A stretch of 64,000 nucleotides of DNA from the human T2T-CHM13v2.0 reference genome, Homo sapiens. The position numbers and the translations under genes were made by a program. Position 1 is the stretch's first letter; every line of letters begins with the position of its first letter. The notes under the pieces are model-generated. The model was not told the origin of the DNA and did no database searches. It was given only the letters and a program-made list of their open reading frames with translations. This document shows, piece by piece, positions 25,311 to 37,911 of this stretch. The DNA is taken from assembly GCF_009914755.1 (NCBI RefSeq), contig NC_060945.1, one strand, 5' to 3'.

Positions 25311-25898
25311 GTTATATTTCCCCACCTCCAGTTTTTTATATCTTTCTAATTTCTACCAATAATTCTGGTCATACACCTCTAGTACTGCTACTCTCAATTT
25401 TATTATTTTATTCTACATATTGTACATTTGATGGCCTTCATTACTATTCTTTTACTTGACCAAAGTCAGTTTATTTTCAGTCCCTTGGGGAATGCCTCAA
25501 TATTTCTCATGCATCAAAGCACTCTATTTTCTGATTCTGGGCCTGGAGCCCCTCAGTGTGTGATACAGTTTCCTACATTTTTTGCCTGGCATTGAATGTT
25601 AGATAGGCAGTCAGAGCCTGTGCTTCCTTTTCACTCAAATCTATCTTTTGGACTCCACCACCAAAAAATGTGCTCTTTCATATATTAACTAAGCTGTCCA
25701 TGCTATTCAATCCAACCGAAGCTTTCCTGGCAAAAACTGTCTTGGCAGCAATGGACATTTTTTAACTGTGTTTTTTTTCTTTTTTAAACATGTTTCTCTC
25801 TTGGTTCCAGTGGCACAACACTTTGATAGTTTACTTTGACCTCCTGGAATATGCCACCGTGTCTGAGGGCCAACAACTCACTTGCCATCACAGTCCTG

Positions 25899-26209
25899 GG
25901 CCGGCAGGTGCTGTAGCTCATGCCTTGAAATTCTAGCACTTAGGGAGGCTGAGGGGGGTGGATCACTTGAGCTCAGGAGTTTGAGACCAGCCTGTGCAAT
26001 ATGGTGAAACTCCATCCCTACAGAAAAAAAAAAGAAAAAGAACAAATCAGCAGGGCCTGGTGGCGCATGCCTGTAGTCCCAGCTACTTTGGGGACTCTGG
26101 TGGGAGGACCGCCTGAGCCCAAGCAGTCAGGGCTGCAGTGAGCTGAGATCGCGCCACTGCACTCCAGCTTGTGTGACAAAGTGAGATCCTGTCTCAAAAA
26201 TAAAAAAAA
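25899..26209 (+). mobile_element. AluJ
   Basis: Diverged dimeric Alu with gatcacttgagctcaggagtttgag. Confidence 0.88.
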
Positions 26210-26259
26210 TCTCCTGGGCCTTTCCTCCTGGCCATTTCTGTAGAGCTGGCCCAACCAGC

Positions 26260-27197
26260 AATATCATGGAATTTTAGACTTTTCACCTATTAATAGATTT
26301 GGCTGAAGCAACACATCACAAAGAGTCCAAAGCACTATGTATTGTATTCCAGCAGTGAGGGCAAGGTATTTCCCTGTGGGGTCAACTGTAACCAATGAGA
26401 AGCAGGAGATAGGAAGGAGATTGGCACATAATTTCTCTCTAACTTTTCTCCTATTTACCACTATGAGGCCTGAGTGCACCTTGCAGTCTGAGCAGAGATG
26501 TTTTCCCTGTGGGCCAAAGAGCACATCTGTGAGCCACCTGTAGAAATGAGTCAGTTCTGAGTCATCTGTCAAATAGCAGGCAGCAAATTCATGCCTCACG
26601 ATACAATTGTTTGCATTTTCCTTTATCTCACTTTTTGTTTGTCACAACAATGCCCTAAATTCTCACCCACTTTGATGGTTAATATTGAGGGTCGACTTGA
26701 TTGGATTGAAGGATGCAAAGTATTGATTCTGGGTGTGCCTGTGAGGGTGTTGCCAAAGGAGATTAACATTTGGTCAGTGAACTTGGAAAGGCAGACCCAG
26801 CCTCAATCTGGGTGGGCACCATCTAATCAGCTGCCAGCACAGCCAGAACAAAAGCAGGCAGAAGAACGTGGAAGGACTAGACTGGCTTAGCCTCCCAGCT
26901 TACATTTTTCTCCCATGCCGGATGCTTCCTGCGCTCGAACATCAGACTCCAGGTTCTTCAGCTTTGGGACTCAGACTGGCTTCCTTACTCCTCAGCTTGC
27001 AGATGGCCTATTATGGGACTTCACCTTGTGATTGTGTGAGTTAATACTCCTCCTTAATAAATTCCTCTTTATATCTTTATACCTACATCTATCCTATTAG
27101 TTCCGTCATTCTAGAGAACCCTAATACACCCCCTAAATAAATTATGAGCCTCTTTATTTTCTTCCATTTCTGTTTTCTAGAGGATAAAAGCTAAGAT
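26260..27197 (+). mobile_element. LTR16-like ERVL LTR split by MLT2A
   Basis: gggtcaactgtaaccaatgagaagcaggagataggaaggaga and a 3' aaataaa...tctgttttctagagg...ctaaga. Confidence 0.55.
26671..27128 (+). mobile_element. MLT2A (HERVL) solo LTR
   Basis: tgatggttaatattgagggtcgacttgattggattgaaggatgc...ctagagaaccctaataca, homologous to 18128-19000. Confidence 0.92.
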
Positions 27198-27389
27198 CTT
27201 GTCTTGTTGTAGATCATAATATGATCAAGTATCTAGATATGGTGTCTGGAACATAATAACTACTGTGTTACCTTTTGCTGAATGATTGACTTAATATGTG
27301 TTTGGAGGTTAGAGAAATAGGCAAAAAGTTTAAAAAAGCAGCACCTAATATGCCCTTGGATGTTTTTATGAGCTGGCTGCTAACAAGCA

Positions 27390-27550
27390 TGCTAAAATAT
27401 TGTTTTAGTTAATCTTCATCACAACACTATGAATGTGATTTTTTAAATCTCTGTTTTATGGATGAGAGTTTGGTAGCTTAGAGAGGTTAACGTGACCTAC
27501 ATAAGGCTACACAACTCATGATTGATAGAGTTGGGAATTGTGCACAAGAA
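27390..27550 (-). mobile_element. MIR
   Basis: aatcttcatcacaacactatga...gcttagagaggttaacgtgacct. Confidence 0.6.
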
Positions 27551-27764
27551 ATTTCATGTTCTTCTGCTATTTGGTGCTATTTTAGAGGCTTATCTTTATT
27601 CCTTATGACTCTGGGTTGGAAATACATGACTGAAAATTTTTCATAGACATTGACACAAAATACTCCCATGGCTTAGAAAAAGTCATTTCTCCCCCTCTGC
27701 TGTTCTCTACCACTTAATATGATATATTAAAAGAAGAATCTTTGGAGAAAAGGAGAAATTGCTT

Positions 27765-27880
27765 GCCATTTACTTACTCTGTGACCTTGGGCAAGTAACT
27801 GAGACACCCAGGGCCACTGTTTTCTTAACGCTAACAAGAAGAAAATAAAAACTACCTTAGGAATTTGTTGCCAACGTTTT
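27765..27880 (+). mobile_element. MIR
   Basis: acttactctgtgaccttgggcaagtaac is the MIR core. Confidence 0.65.
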
Positions 27881-29221
27881 AATACACATTATAAATCTTC
27901 AATAACATCCTACCCTGTTCCTTTATAATGCATTTCTTGGCTTTCTTGAAATAAAGGAAAGTATAATTTTGCTCAATGTGAAATAGAGTTAGAACAAGTT
28001 AGAGTGTAACTTAAAACAGTGAATATTTCAAAGGTTATAAATGGCTTTCAAATTCACCACAAGATATATTTTGCCCCAGAATGTTTTAATTTATTTAAAA
28101 TGTATTTGCATTTCCTCAATGCATGTGTTCATTAAAACCAAATTAAGAATTTTTAAAACTACAGTGCTAAGAACTGATTATTCCAAGTTGAGTAAGGCAA
28201 TTTTTACTTTGTGAAGTTCAAAGACATGTGCTGAGAAGCTCTGCAGTAAAGTGAAGTGTAACAGATCAGGTATAAGTGGGAAGAATTGTGGAAGCACGAA
28301 ATGAATTTCAAGTTAAGTAGCAAATCTAACCCCGCTCAGAAATGACTTCCTATCTTTCTGTACCTTGTTTTCTTTCATCCTTCAGCACTGGCTTCAAATC
28401 TGCTGACTATGAAATATGTCTGCTGCTTGAGAAACATATGCAATGTTGTTTACTCCTATGATCTTGTGTAATATGCATGATTTCCCCCCCTTTTTTATCT
28501 TGTTTTTGGCGTGGTTTTAATGGACAGTGTTGTTTTGCTTCAAGCCTCGCTGTCTATGTCACATATGAACAAAAGACATTACAGTTATTTAATTGTGGTT
28601 ACAAAACATGTATCCCATTCCTTATACTATGTACATTTTCTAGCTCATATTTGTGTCTTCAAAATATATCTGATGGAGAAATAAATGAATGTGTAATTAT
28701 CCAGTTGTATTATTGTGTGTGCATTTCTTTGTTTTTTCTTACATTTATATCATACTGAAAACACTATTTTACTCTGTCATGTATGGAACACATCAAGGGG
28801 TGCTTTGCAACAAAATGTGGGTACAAATAACCCAAAATATTTAGCTGATTTTGTGAGTAAAGAATTTTGGTAGACTTTGCAATGCATTAGAATCTGGGAA
28901 TAAGGTCTTTTAACCTAGAGCAGATACATGATTCCCATCATGCAACTTGGTAACTGCACCCCTTGCAGCTGACAGGGATTGTTTTTGTGGTACTATAACA
29001 CATCTACTCCCATTCTCTGGCTGGCCTGAGCCAAATTTACTTTAGTCCCATATGAGCCAATGTTTACTCCTGTGAGTTACATCATAGTTGTTACCACCGT
29101 GTGTGGTCTCACTCATTCTCTTCTGCGAAACTCCAAGACACAAATAATTTGAAGATCGGTTCTAATTCACCTTCCTCTATTATCAAAGAGTATTTGTAAC
29201 TATTGTCCACCTTAATTTTTC

Positions 29222-29500
29222 CCATTTATTCATGTATTCAATCACATACAATGCACTTACCATGTTCTAGGCACTGTACAGTTCCCTGGAGATACAGCAG
29301 TTAGTTAACCAGTCAAAAATAATTGCTCCAAAGGAAATTACATCATATAAGGGAAGACGGAAGGTAACTTTATTAGTAGGCGAAATGGTAGTTTGTGCTG
29401 TGGTGAAGTATAATTAGAAAGGGCGAATGAGGAGTTTCAGGTTTGGGGAGATGTAATTGTAAATTGGGTGATCAGGGAAAACTTCATAAAGACCATATTG
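29222..29500 (-). mobile_element. L2 3' fragment
   Basis: catttattcatgtattcaa...cacttaccatgttctaggcactgt...ggagatacagcag. Confidence 0.65.
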
Positions 29501-30162
29501 TTTAGTCTCTGTACAATTCACTGTGGCATTTAACTTTTAAAATATATTTTCTCTTAGCTACTGCATAAATTAAATTTAAATATAATCCATTGATCCAGCA
29601 GGCATAGATTTTCAAAATTGACCATAAGCAGATGACTTGTACATGTAGTCCTTTTTTGGGGAGTAGATTGGTTATTTTTATTTTTGGTTATTAGACTTTA
29701 TTTTTCAGAGCACTTTTAAGAGAAAAATTGAACAGAAAGTACAAAGAGTTTCCCTATATTCCCTCCCTCTGTCATCTCTGGGTTCCCCTATGAACATCTT
29801 GCCTTGGTGTGATACATTTGTTACAACCGAAGAACCAGTACTGATACATCATCATTGACTGAATTCTAGGGTTTACATTAATGTTCCACTCTTTTGTTGT
29901 ATAGTTCTATACATAGTCATTTGTCCATCATTATAGTGTCATACAGAATAGAATGCTACTATACTGTCTTAAAAATCCCTGTACTTTGCCTACTCATTCC
30001 TTCTCCTCATCCCAACCATTGATTGGGACGGCAACCACTGATCTTTTTACTCTCCTTTTCATTCTGTCTTTTCCATATATAATATGGTTAGAATCATACA
30101 GATTTTCAGACGTGGCTTGTTTCACTTAGCAATACTTACTTAAGATATCCATGTCTTTTTGA

Positions 30163-30596
<434 letters not shown>

Positions 30597-30752
30597 TAAA
30601 CTGCTTATAAACAGTTGTGTGCATATTTTTTGTACAGATTTAAGTTTTCAACTCATTGTGGTAAATGCAGAAGAGAGTGGACTACGGGCTCATACCTAAG
30701 CTATGTTCAATTTTGTAAGAAACTGCCAAAGTGTCTTCCAGAGTGGCTGTAC

Positions 30753-30875
30753 CATTTTAGAGTCCCAGAAATAATGAATGAGAATTTCTACTGCATTTTA
30801 CAGTCCCAGAAACAATGAATCAGAATTTCTACTGCATTTTACAGTCCCAGAAACAATGAATCAGAATTTCTACTG
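30753..30875. repeat. 41-bp x3 tandem repeat inside the old L1
   Basis: Unit cattttacagtcccagaaacaatgaatcagaatttctactg starts at 30753, 30794 and 30835. Confidence 0.95.
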
Positions 30876-33800
30876 CTCCATATCCTCACCAGCATTTGGG
30901 TTGTCAGTTTCTAGGACTTTAGCCATTTGAATAGATGTGTAGTGGTATCTTGGCATTGTTTTGATTTACAATTCCCTAATGACATATAATGTTGAACACC
31001 TTTTCATATGCTTATTTGTCATTTGTATACCTTCTTTTGTTAGGTGTCTGTTCAGATTGTTGCCTACTTTTTAACTTTTCAACTTGTTCAGTTAGGACAT
31101 TTGTTTTTTGAACTGTTGAGTTTTAGGTTTTAAGAGAGCTTTTTTTGAGGAGGTGGTTATTGTGGATACAAGTCTTTTACTGATACATGCTTTGCAAATA
31201 GTTGCTCCTAATCTGTGGCTTAAAATGTAGATATCCAGATATTTTAATACCATTTGTTAAAATGTTTTTAATCCATTATTTGCTGCTTTTTCAAAGGTCA
31301 GTTGACTGTATTCATTTGAGACTACTTCTATTTCACTATTCTGTTCATTGATCTATTTGTCTATTATTTTGCCAGTATTACACTGTTTGAGTAGTGAGAC
31401 TTGAAGTTGGGGGATGGCAGTCCTCTGACTTTGTCCTTCAATATTGTGATAGCTATTCTGGGTATTTTTCCTTTCCATAGAAACTTTAGAATTGGTTTGT
31501 TGATATCACAAAATAGCTTTCTGTGATTTTGTTTGAGATTGCACTAAACCTATAGATCAAGTTGAGAATAACTGACATCTTAACTACAGCATGTTTTTCT
31601 ATTCATGAACATGGACTATTTCTCCATTTATTTAGATATTATTTGATTTTATTCATCAGAGTATTATACATTTTCTCATACAGACATTGTATATATTTTG
31701 TTATATTTATAACTAAGTATCTGACTTTTATGTTGCTAAAGGGTGTTATGTTTATTTCAAATTCCAATTGCTTATCGCTAGCATATAAGAAAGCAATTGA
31801 CTCTTATATATTAACTTCATATCCTGCAGCCTAAGTTCTAGGAGTTTTTTTTTTGCTAATTCTTTTGGAAATTTCTACTTTGACAATTATGTTATTTATG
31901 AAAAATACTATGTTTATGTCTTCCTCCCAAGCTGTATTTCTTGTTTTAATTGACTTACTGCATTAGCAAGGACTTCTAGTACAATGATGAATAGAAGCAG
32001 TGGCAGGAATATTTTTCCTTCTTCCTGATCTTTGTAAGAAAGATTCTAGTTTCTCACCACTATGATATGAATGTAAGATTTTTGCATATGTTCTTTATCA
32101 TGTTGAAAAAGTTGCCTTCTATTCTTATTTTACACAGAGTGGTTATCACGAATAGGTGTTGGATTTTGTCAAATGCTTCATCATCTATTGAGATGACTTA
32201 TAAATTTTCTTTTTTAGCCTATTGATGTTATGGATTATAAAAATTGATTTTTGAATGTAGAATCAGTCTTGCGTTCTTGAAATAAATCCACATTTGTTGT
32301 GGCGTATAATTATTTTATACACTTTTGGATTTAATTTGCTGCTACTTTCTTAAAGGAGTGTTGTATCTTTGTTCATTATAAATATTGATCTGCAGTTTTC
32401 CTTTCTTGTAATGTATTTGTTCTGCTTTTGGAGTTAGGATAGTGATGGCTTCAAAGAGTGAATTAGAAAATGTTTTCTGTGCTTCTGTTTTTTACAAAGA
32501 GATTGTAAATAATTGACATACTATAATTTATTTTTTAAATGTCTGGCGAATTTACCAGTGAAACCATCTGGGTCTGATGCTTAATAATTTTGAAGATAAT
32601 TGGTTACTGATTAAATTATAGGTAGGTAGCTATGTAGATAGATAGATGGATAGATGACAGGTGTTTAAGTTTTGATAGATTGTAATTTTTCAAGGAACTA
32701 GTCCTTTTCATACAAGTGATTAAACTTGTAGCCATAGAGTTGTTTATAATATTCTTTTATTTATTTTTTTTAGTGTTCATGGGATTGGTAGTGTGGCCCT
32801 TTTGTGTCTTAAGCTGGTAATGTGTTTGTTCTCTGCTTTTCTTAGTCAGGCTAGGAGTTGATCCATTGTATTAATATTTTCGAAAAATCAATTTTTGCTT
32901 TCTTTAATTTTCTCTGAGGTTTTCCTGCTTTCAATTTTATTTATATATACTCTGCTTTTTATTCTACCTTCTACTTACATTGTATTTAATTTCCTCTTCT
33001 TTGTCTATTTTCCTAAGGGTAGTGATACAAATACTAATTTTACATCTTTTTGTTTTCTAATATATGCATTCAGTGCTATAATTTTTCTTTTATTAACTGA
33101 TTTTGCTGCATCTAACAAACTTTTGTAGGTTCTTTTTCATTTTCATTTAGTTTGAAATATATTTTAATTTATCTTGGAACTTCTTATTTAACCCTGTTTT
33201 ATTTAAAAGTGTGCTGTTTCAGCTATATTTCTGTTATCAATTTCTAGTTTAATTTCCTAGTGGTCTAAGAGCATACTGTGTATGATATCTATTCTCTTTT
33301 TTTGTTAAAAATGCATTTATGACCCTGACTGTGGTCTAGTGTTATGAAAGTGTCATATGAAATTGTAACTGTTTTTGAATACTATTACAATTCATGAAGA
33401 GTGTCTAAGAACAATGTTGTAAATCATGAAGAGTATCTAAGAAGGTCTTGAGGCCTGTCCCCATAATTGGCACAACACCGAGCTCCTGCTAGTGCTGGTA
33501 ACCTTGTTTAATTAAAGTGAATAAATTTAAAATGAATAGGTTTGTGAACTTGATGAAATATTCTAAATTAAATAATTAACATAGTATATAGAGAGGTAAT
33601 ATACTACATGAATGTGTTTCTTGTGACTACCAGGTATCATCGGCTTCAGTTGATGTATAATAATTAAGAATAGTAATCTTAATCCCACAGAAAAAGTGGA
33701 AACATAGCAAATGAACACATCTCAAAATTATCCTATTTGAGGGCAAAGATAGCTAGAATATGTTTACACAAAATACGAAGTCGTTGTTTGGGGGTTCTGA

Positions 33801-35353
33801 TGGTGCCAGCACTTCTTTAGGCTGGCAATTCTGCATGCAACAGTTATAGCAATGAAAGTCTTCAGGCCATTGAAATTGTATCCTGGAAGATCTTCAGGCC
33901 ATATATGGGCCAAGGATAGCAGCTGTCACAGGAAAAAAATCATCATGATGACTTATGGTAAGCCAAGCTCTTACATATCAAATGTAGATTGGAATGGCAA
34001 GATAGTTTACAGACTAGGTAAGATTGTGATTGTGATTTTTAAACTAAAAAAATTTAGGCATCCTTTCTATTAAATTCCGAGCATTGTCTTTTATAATGCC
34101 CATTCTCTTTCCAATTCCATGACTTTACATTTTCCTCTACATATTTTCTTCCGCTTTTCAAATTCCTTTTGATAATGTTGATTTAATATTGGATAATCAA
34201 AACAAGGATGAGTGAGCGAAGTTGAAATGCCTTCTATAAAACAATTGGAATCTTCTTGTCATATTTTGTTTTACCTTAAATTTATTGAAACTCATTTTTT
34301 AGAATCATACAGTTCTATTTCTCAATGGAAAAGAAAGTGTTCTATAATAAATGTTGAATTAAAGGTAACTTTGTATCTTCTGCTTTATCATTTTAATCCT
34401 TATTGAACATTCTGTTGACATTGCATAAATACATTCTTATAATCTTTATACAAAATTTATTGTAACAAATTACATATTTGTAAATAAAATTTTAAAATTT
34501 CCCCTAAATTTAAATTGAATAATTTTAATTTCTTGATTTTTTGAAACCAATATTGTGTGTGGTATTTAAATAGAAATCTTTGAAAATACATTCATTAAAT
34601 ATGTTATCTCATTATAAAATATTTTCAATTACTGTTTTAAATAATGAAGAACATTTTATACTTTTCCCTTATTTTCACTATTTTAAAAATTTCATTAAGA
34701 TGTAAGCAAAATGGTGAAACAGGAGGTACCACATTCATATCTCCCCACAGCAAAAATAATCTGGCAGCCAACCATGGATAAAAGTGTCTTCGTGGGATCT
34801 TTGGGATCCAGGTAGGAAAAAGGCATGAATCCAAAGTAGAGCCCAAGACCAACGAGGGTCATTTTGAGAAAGCAGATCCTCACCGGTGACAGGCTCACTG
34901 ATCAGAGTCCAGGATACAGACCTGGAAAGAGTCCATCTCATTGTGGGCTTAATTACATCCCCTGCTATGAGCATCATCCACCAAGAGACCCTGGAGAAGC
35001 CAATCCTGCCAGCTCCTTAGGTATAAAGACTACTGACCTTGGTCCTAGCTGTGGACCCTGAAGCATCTTGTGACCCACCTTCAGCTCCTCTCAGCCTTGA
35101 TCTGGGTACAATCCTGTTCAAACAGGGACGCAGCAGAAGACATACCCATGTATGCCTCAAAGTTGAGGCTGCCAAACTCAGTAGAACTGTGGATACTGAA
35201 GCAGCCCTGTAAACCATCGCCAGCCACTCTATTTTACAGTCCCACCTACCCAGGGCCCAGGGGAAAGAGATACCAATCCTTGTCCCCAGAGGCAGGACTG
35301 TTTACTTTGATCTAACCACAGATCTTAACAGGGCCCTGTGACTCACTTTTGAT

Positions 35354-35452
35354 GTCATCGCTGAAAAAAATCATTGCCACTGTTAATGTCCAGGAGCTTT
35401 TTCCCCATGTTTTCTTCTAGAAATTTTATGGTTCCAGGTCTTAAATTTAAGT
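35354..35452 (-). mobile_element. ~100-bp antisense L1 ORF2 fragment inside the L1M 5'UTR
   Basis: Translates LNLRPGTIKFLEENMGKKLLDINSGNDFF, homologous to the plus-strand segment at ~36662-36760. Confidence 0.8.
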
Positions 35453-35886
35453 AACTGCCCCTCCCATCTATGGTCTGAGAGTTGTCCTGTCTACCTAGGG
35501 ACCCAACAAGAGACACGCCTGGCCATGACCCAGGAGGCAGGCCCACTGACCTTGGCCCTATTGCCAGCCCTACTGATCAAGGTCCTGGAGACAGTCTAGT
35601 CTGCCTAGAGATCAGATGGGATCCCTGCCTGCCTGAACCCCTGGTAATAGGCCTGTGGATATAACAGCCTCAATGTCACTAAGCTCCAGCCCCACAATCC
35701 CAGAAGCAAGCACATAATCTCAGAGACCTGAGAGCAGTAGGTCTTTAACTGCCAAAAGAAATCCGTAAAGACTGGAAGAGGTGTTTGATCCTTCAAATAA
35801 ACAGACACCAATGCAATAATACACAAATTATGAAGAATCAAGCAAACATGACATTACCAAGGAAACCAATAAAGCTCTAATAATGG

Positions 35887-35888
<2 letters not shown>

Positions 35889-35963
<75 letters not shown>

Positions 35964-35975
35964 AGAGAGAGAAGA
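35889..35975. repeat. (CA)n(GA)n microsatellite
   Basis: About 21 CA units followed by a GA run. Confidence 0.95.
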
Positions 35976-37611
35976 GATTTTGGCTTTCCTGGAAAATAAT
36001 TCCAAATAATCCTCTTAAGGAAATGCAGTGAGATGCAACAGAACACAGATAAAAAAGCTAAACAATTTTTAAATGCATAAACAAAATTATAAGTTTAAAA
36101 AGAAATAGAAAAAATAAAAAAGGACCAGGCAGAATCCTGAGCTAAAGAGTACAGTGACAGGACTGAAAATTTTAATAGACAGTTGCAATAGCAGACAGTC
36201 ACTCAGAAGAAAGAATCATCAAACTTGAAGTTAAGTTATTTGAAATTAGCCAGTTGGTGGATAAAAGAAAGTGAAGAAATATACTAGATCTAAAATTAGT
36301 ATGGAGCTACAAAAGACCCTGAAGAGCCAAAGCAATCTTGAGTAAGAAGAACAAAGCTGGAGTCATCACACTTACTGATTTCAAACTACATTACAAGCCT
36401 TTAGTAATCAAAACAGTACGGTACTGGCATAAAAACAGATACACAGGACAATGGAACAAAATAGAGAGCTCAGAAATAAACTCATGCATACACAACCAAT
36501 TTCTGAGAATCTACAACCATCTTTGAGAAGAGCTCTGAAAGTACCCAAGGAGGAAAGTTTCATCTCTTCAATAAATGGTGTTTGGAAAACTAGATAGCCA
36601 TATACAAAATGATGAAACTGGGTCCTTTTATCATATATAAGTTAACCCAAATGGATTACAGACTTAAAAGTAAGATCTGAAATGGTAAAACTCCTAGAAG
36701 AAAACATAGAGAAAAAGCTCCTTGACATTGGTCTTGGAAATAATTTTTTGGATATTGCATCAAAAGCACTGGTTAAACAAAACAAAACAAAAATAAACAA
36801 GTGGGACTCCATCAAACTAAAAACTTACTGCAGAGCAAAGAAAACAATCAACAAAATGAAAAGGCAATCTCAGACTGGGAAAAATATATGCAAACCACAT
36901 ATACAATAAGGGATAATATTCAAAATATTTAAAGAACTAAATTCAATAGCATAAAATAAATAAATAACCTAATTAAGAATGGGCAAAGGACCTGAATAGA
37001 TATTTCCCAAAAGAAGACATACAAACGGCCAACAGGTATAGGGGAAGGTGCTTCAAATCAACCATCACCGGCGAAATATAAACTAAAACTATAAGTTATT
37101 ACCTCACATCTGTTAGAATGGTGGTTATCACTAAAGACAGGATAACAAAAGTTGATTAGGGTAAGGAGAAAAGAAAACTCCTGTACACTGTTGGTGGGAA
37201 TTGTATATTGGTACAGCCATTATGGAAAACAGTGTGGAAATTCCACAAAAAATTCAAAATAGATCTATCATATGATCCAGTATTCCATTTCTGGGTATAT
37301 AACCAAAACAACTGAAAATAGAATCATGAAGAATTATTTGTACGCTCATGTTCATTGTAGCAGTATTCCTAATACCCAAGCTATGGAAATAACACAAACG
37401 TCCATCAACAGATAAATAGATAAAGAAAATGTAATAAAGATTATCTGTGTGTATATATACATGCAATGGAATATTATTCAGACTTAAAAGGAAGTAAATC
37501 ATGTCATTTTCAATAACATGGATGAACCTAGATTGTGCTAGTGAAATAAGACAAAGAAAGACCAATATTGTATACTACACTTATCAGTGGAATCTAAAGA
37601 AGTCAAACTCA

Positions 37612-37911
37612 GAATGAAAACTATCGCAAGTACAGAAAACAAAACACCGCATGTTCTCACTCACAGGTGGGATTTGAACAATGAGAACACTTGGACACAG
37701 AGCAGGGAACATCACACACCAGGGCCTGTCGTGGGGTGGGGCGATGGGGGAGGGATAGCATTAGGAGATATACCTAATGTAAATGACAAGTTAATGGGTG
37801 CAGCACACCAACATGGCACATGTCTACATATGTAACAAATCTGCACGTTGTGCACATGTACCCTAGAACTTAAAGTATAATAAATAAATAAATTAATTAA
37901 TTTAAAAAAAG
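37612..37911 (+). mobile_element. 5'-truncated L1PA (about PA4-6) 3' end nested in the L1M 3'UTR
   Basis: gggatagcattaggagatatacctaatgtaaatgac...taccctagaacttaaagtataata, with TSD gaagtcaaactca at 37599-37611 and 37912-37924. Confidence 0.92.

Noticed and set aside
24278-25459. ORFs rich in YI/CV/ER repeats
   Set aside because: Microsatellite translations. The shared TKTYLH motif on both strands only reflects the inverted duplication.
30753-30875. Regular repeats as a CRISPR-like array
   Set aside because: Head-to-tail copies without spacers, in eukaryotic L1 sequence.
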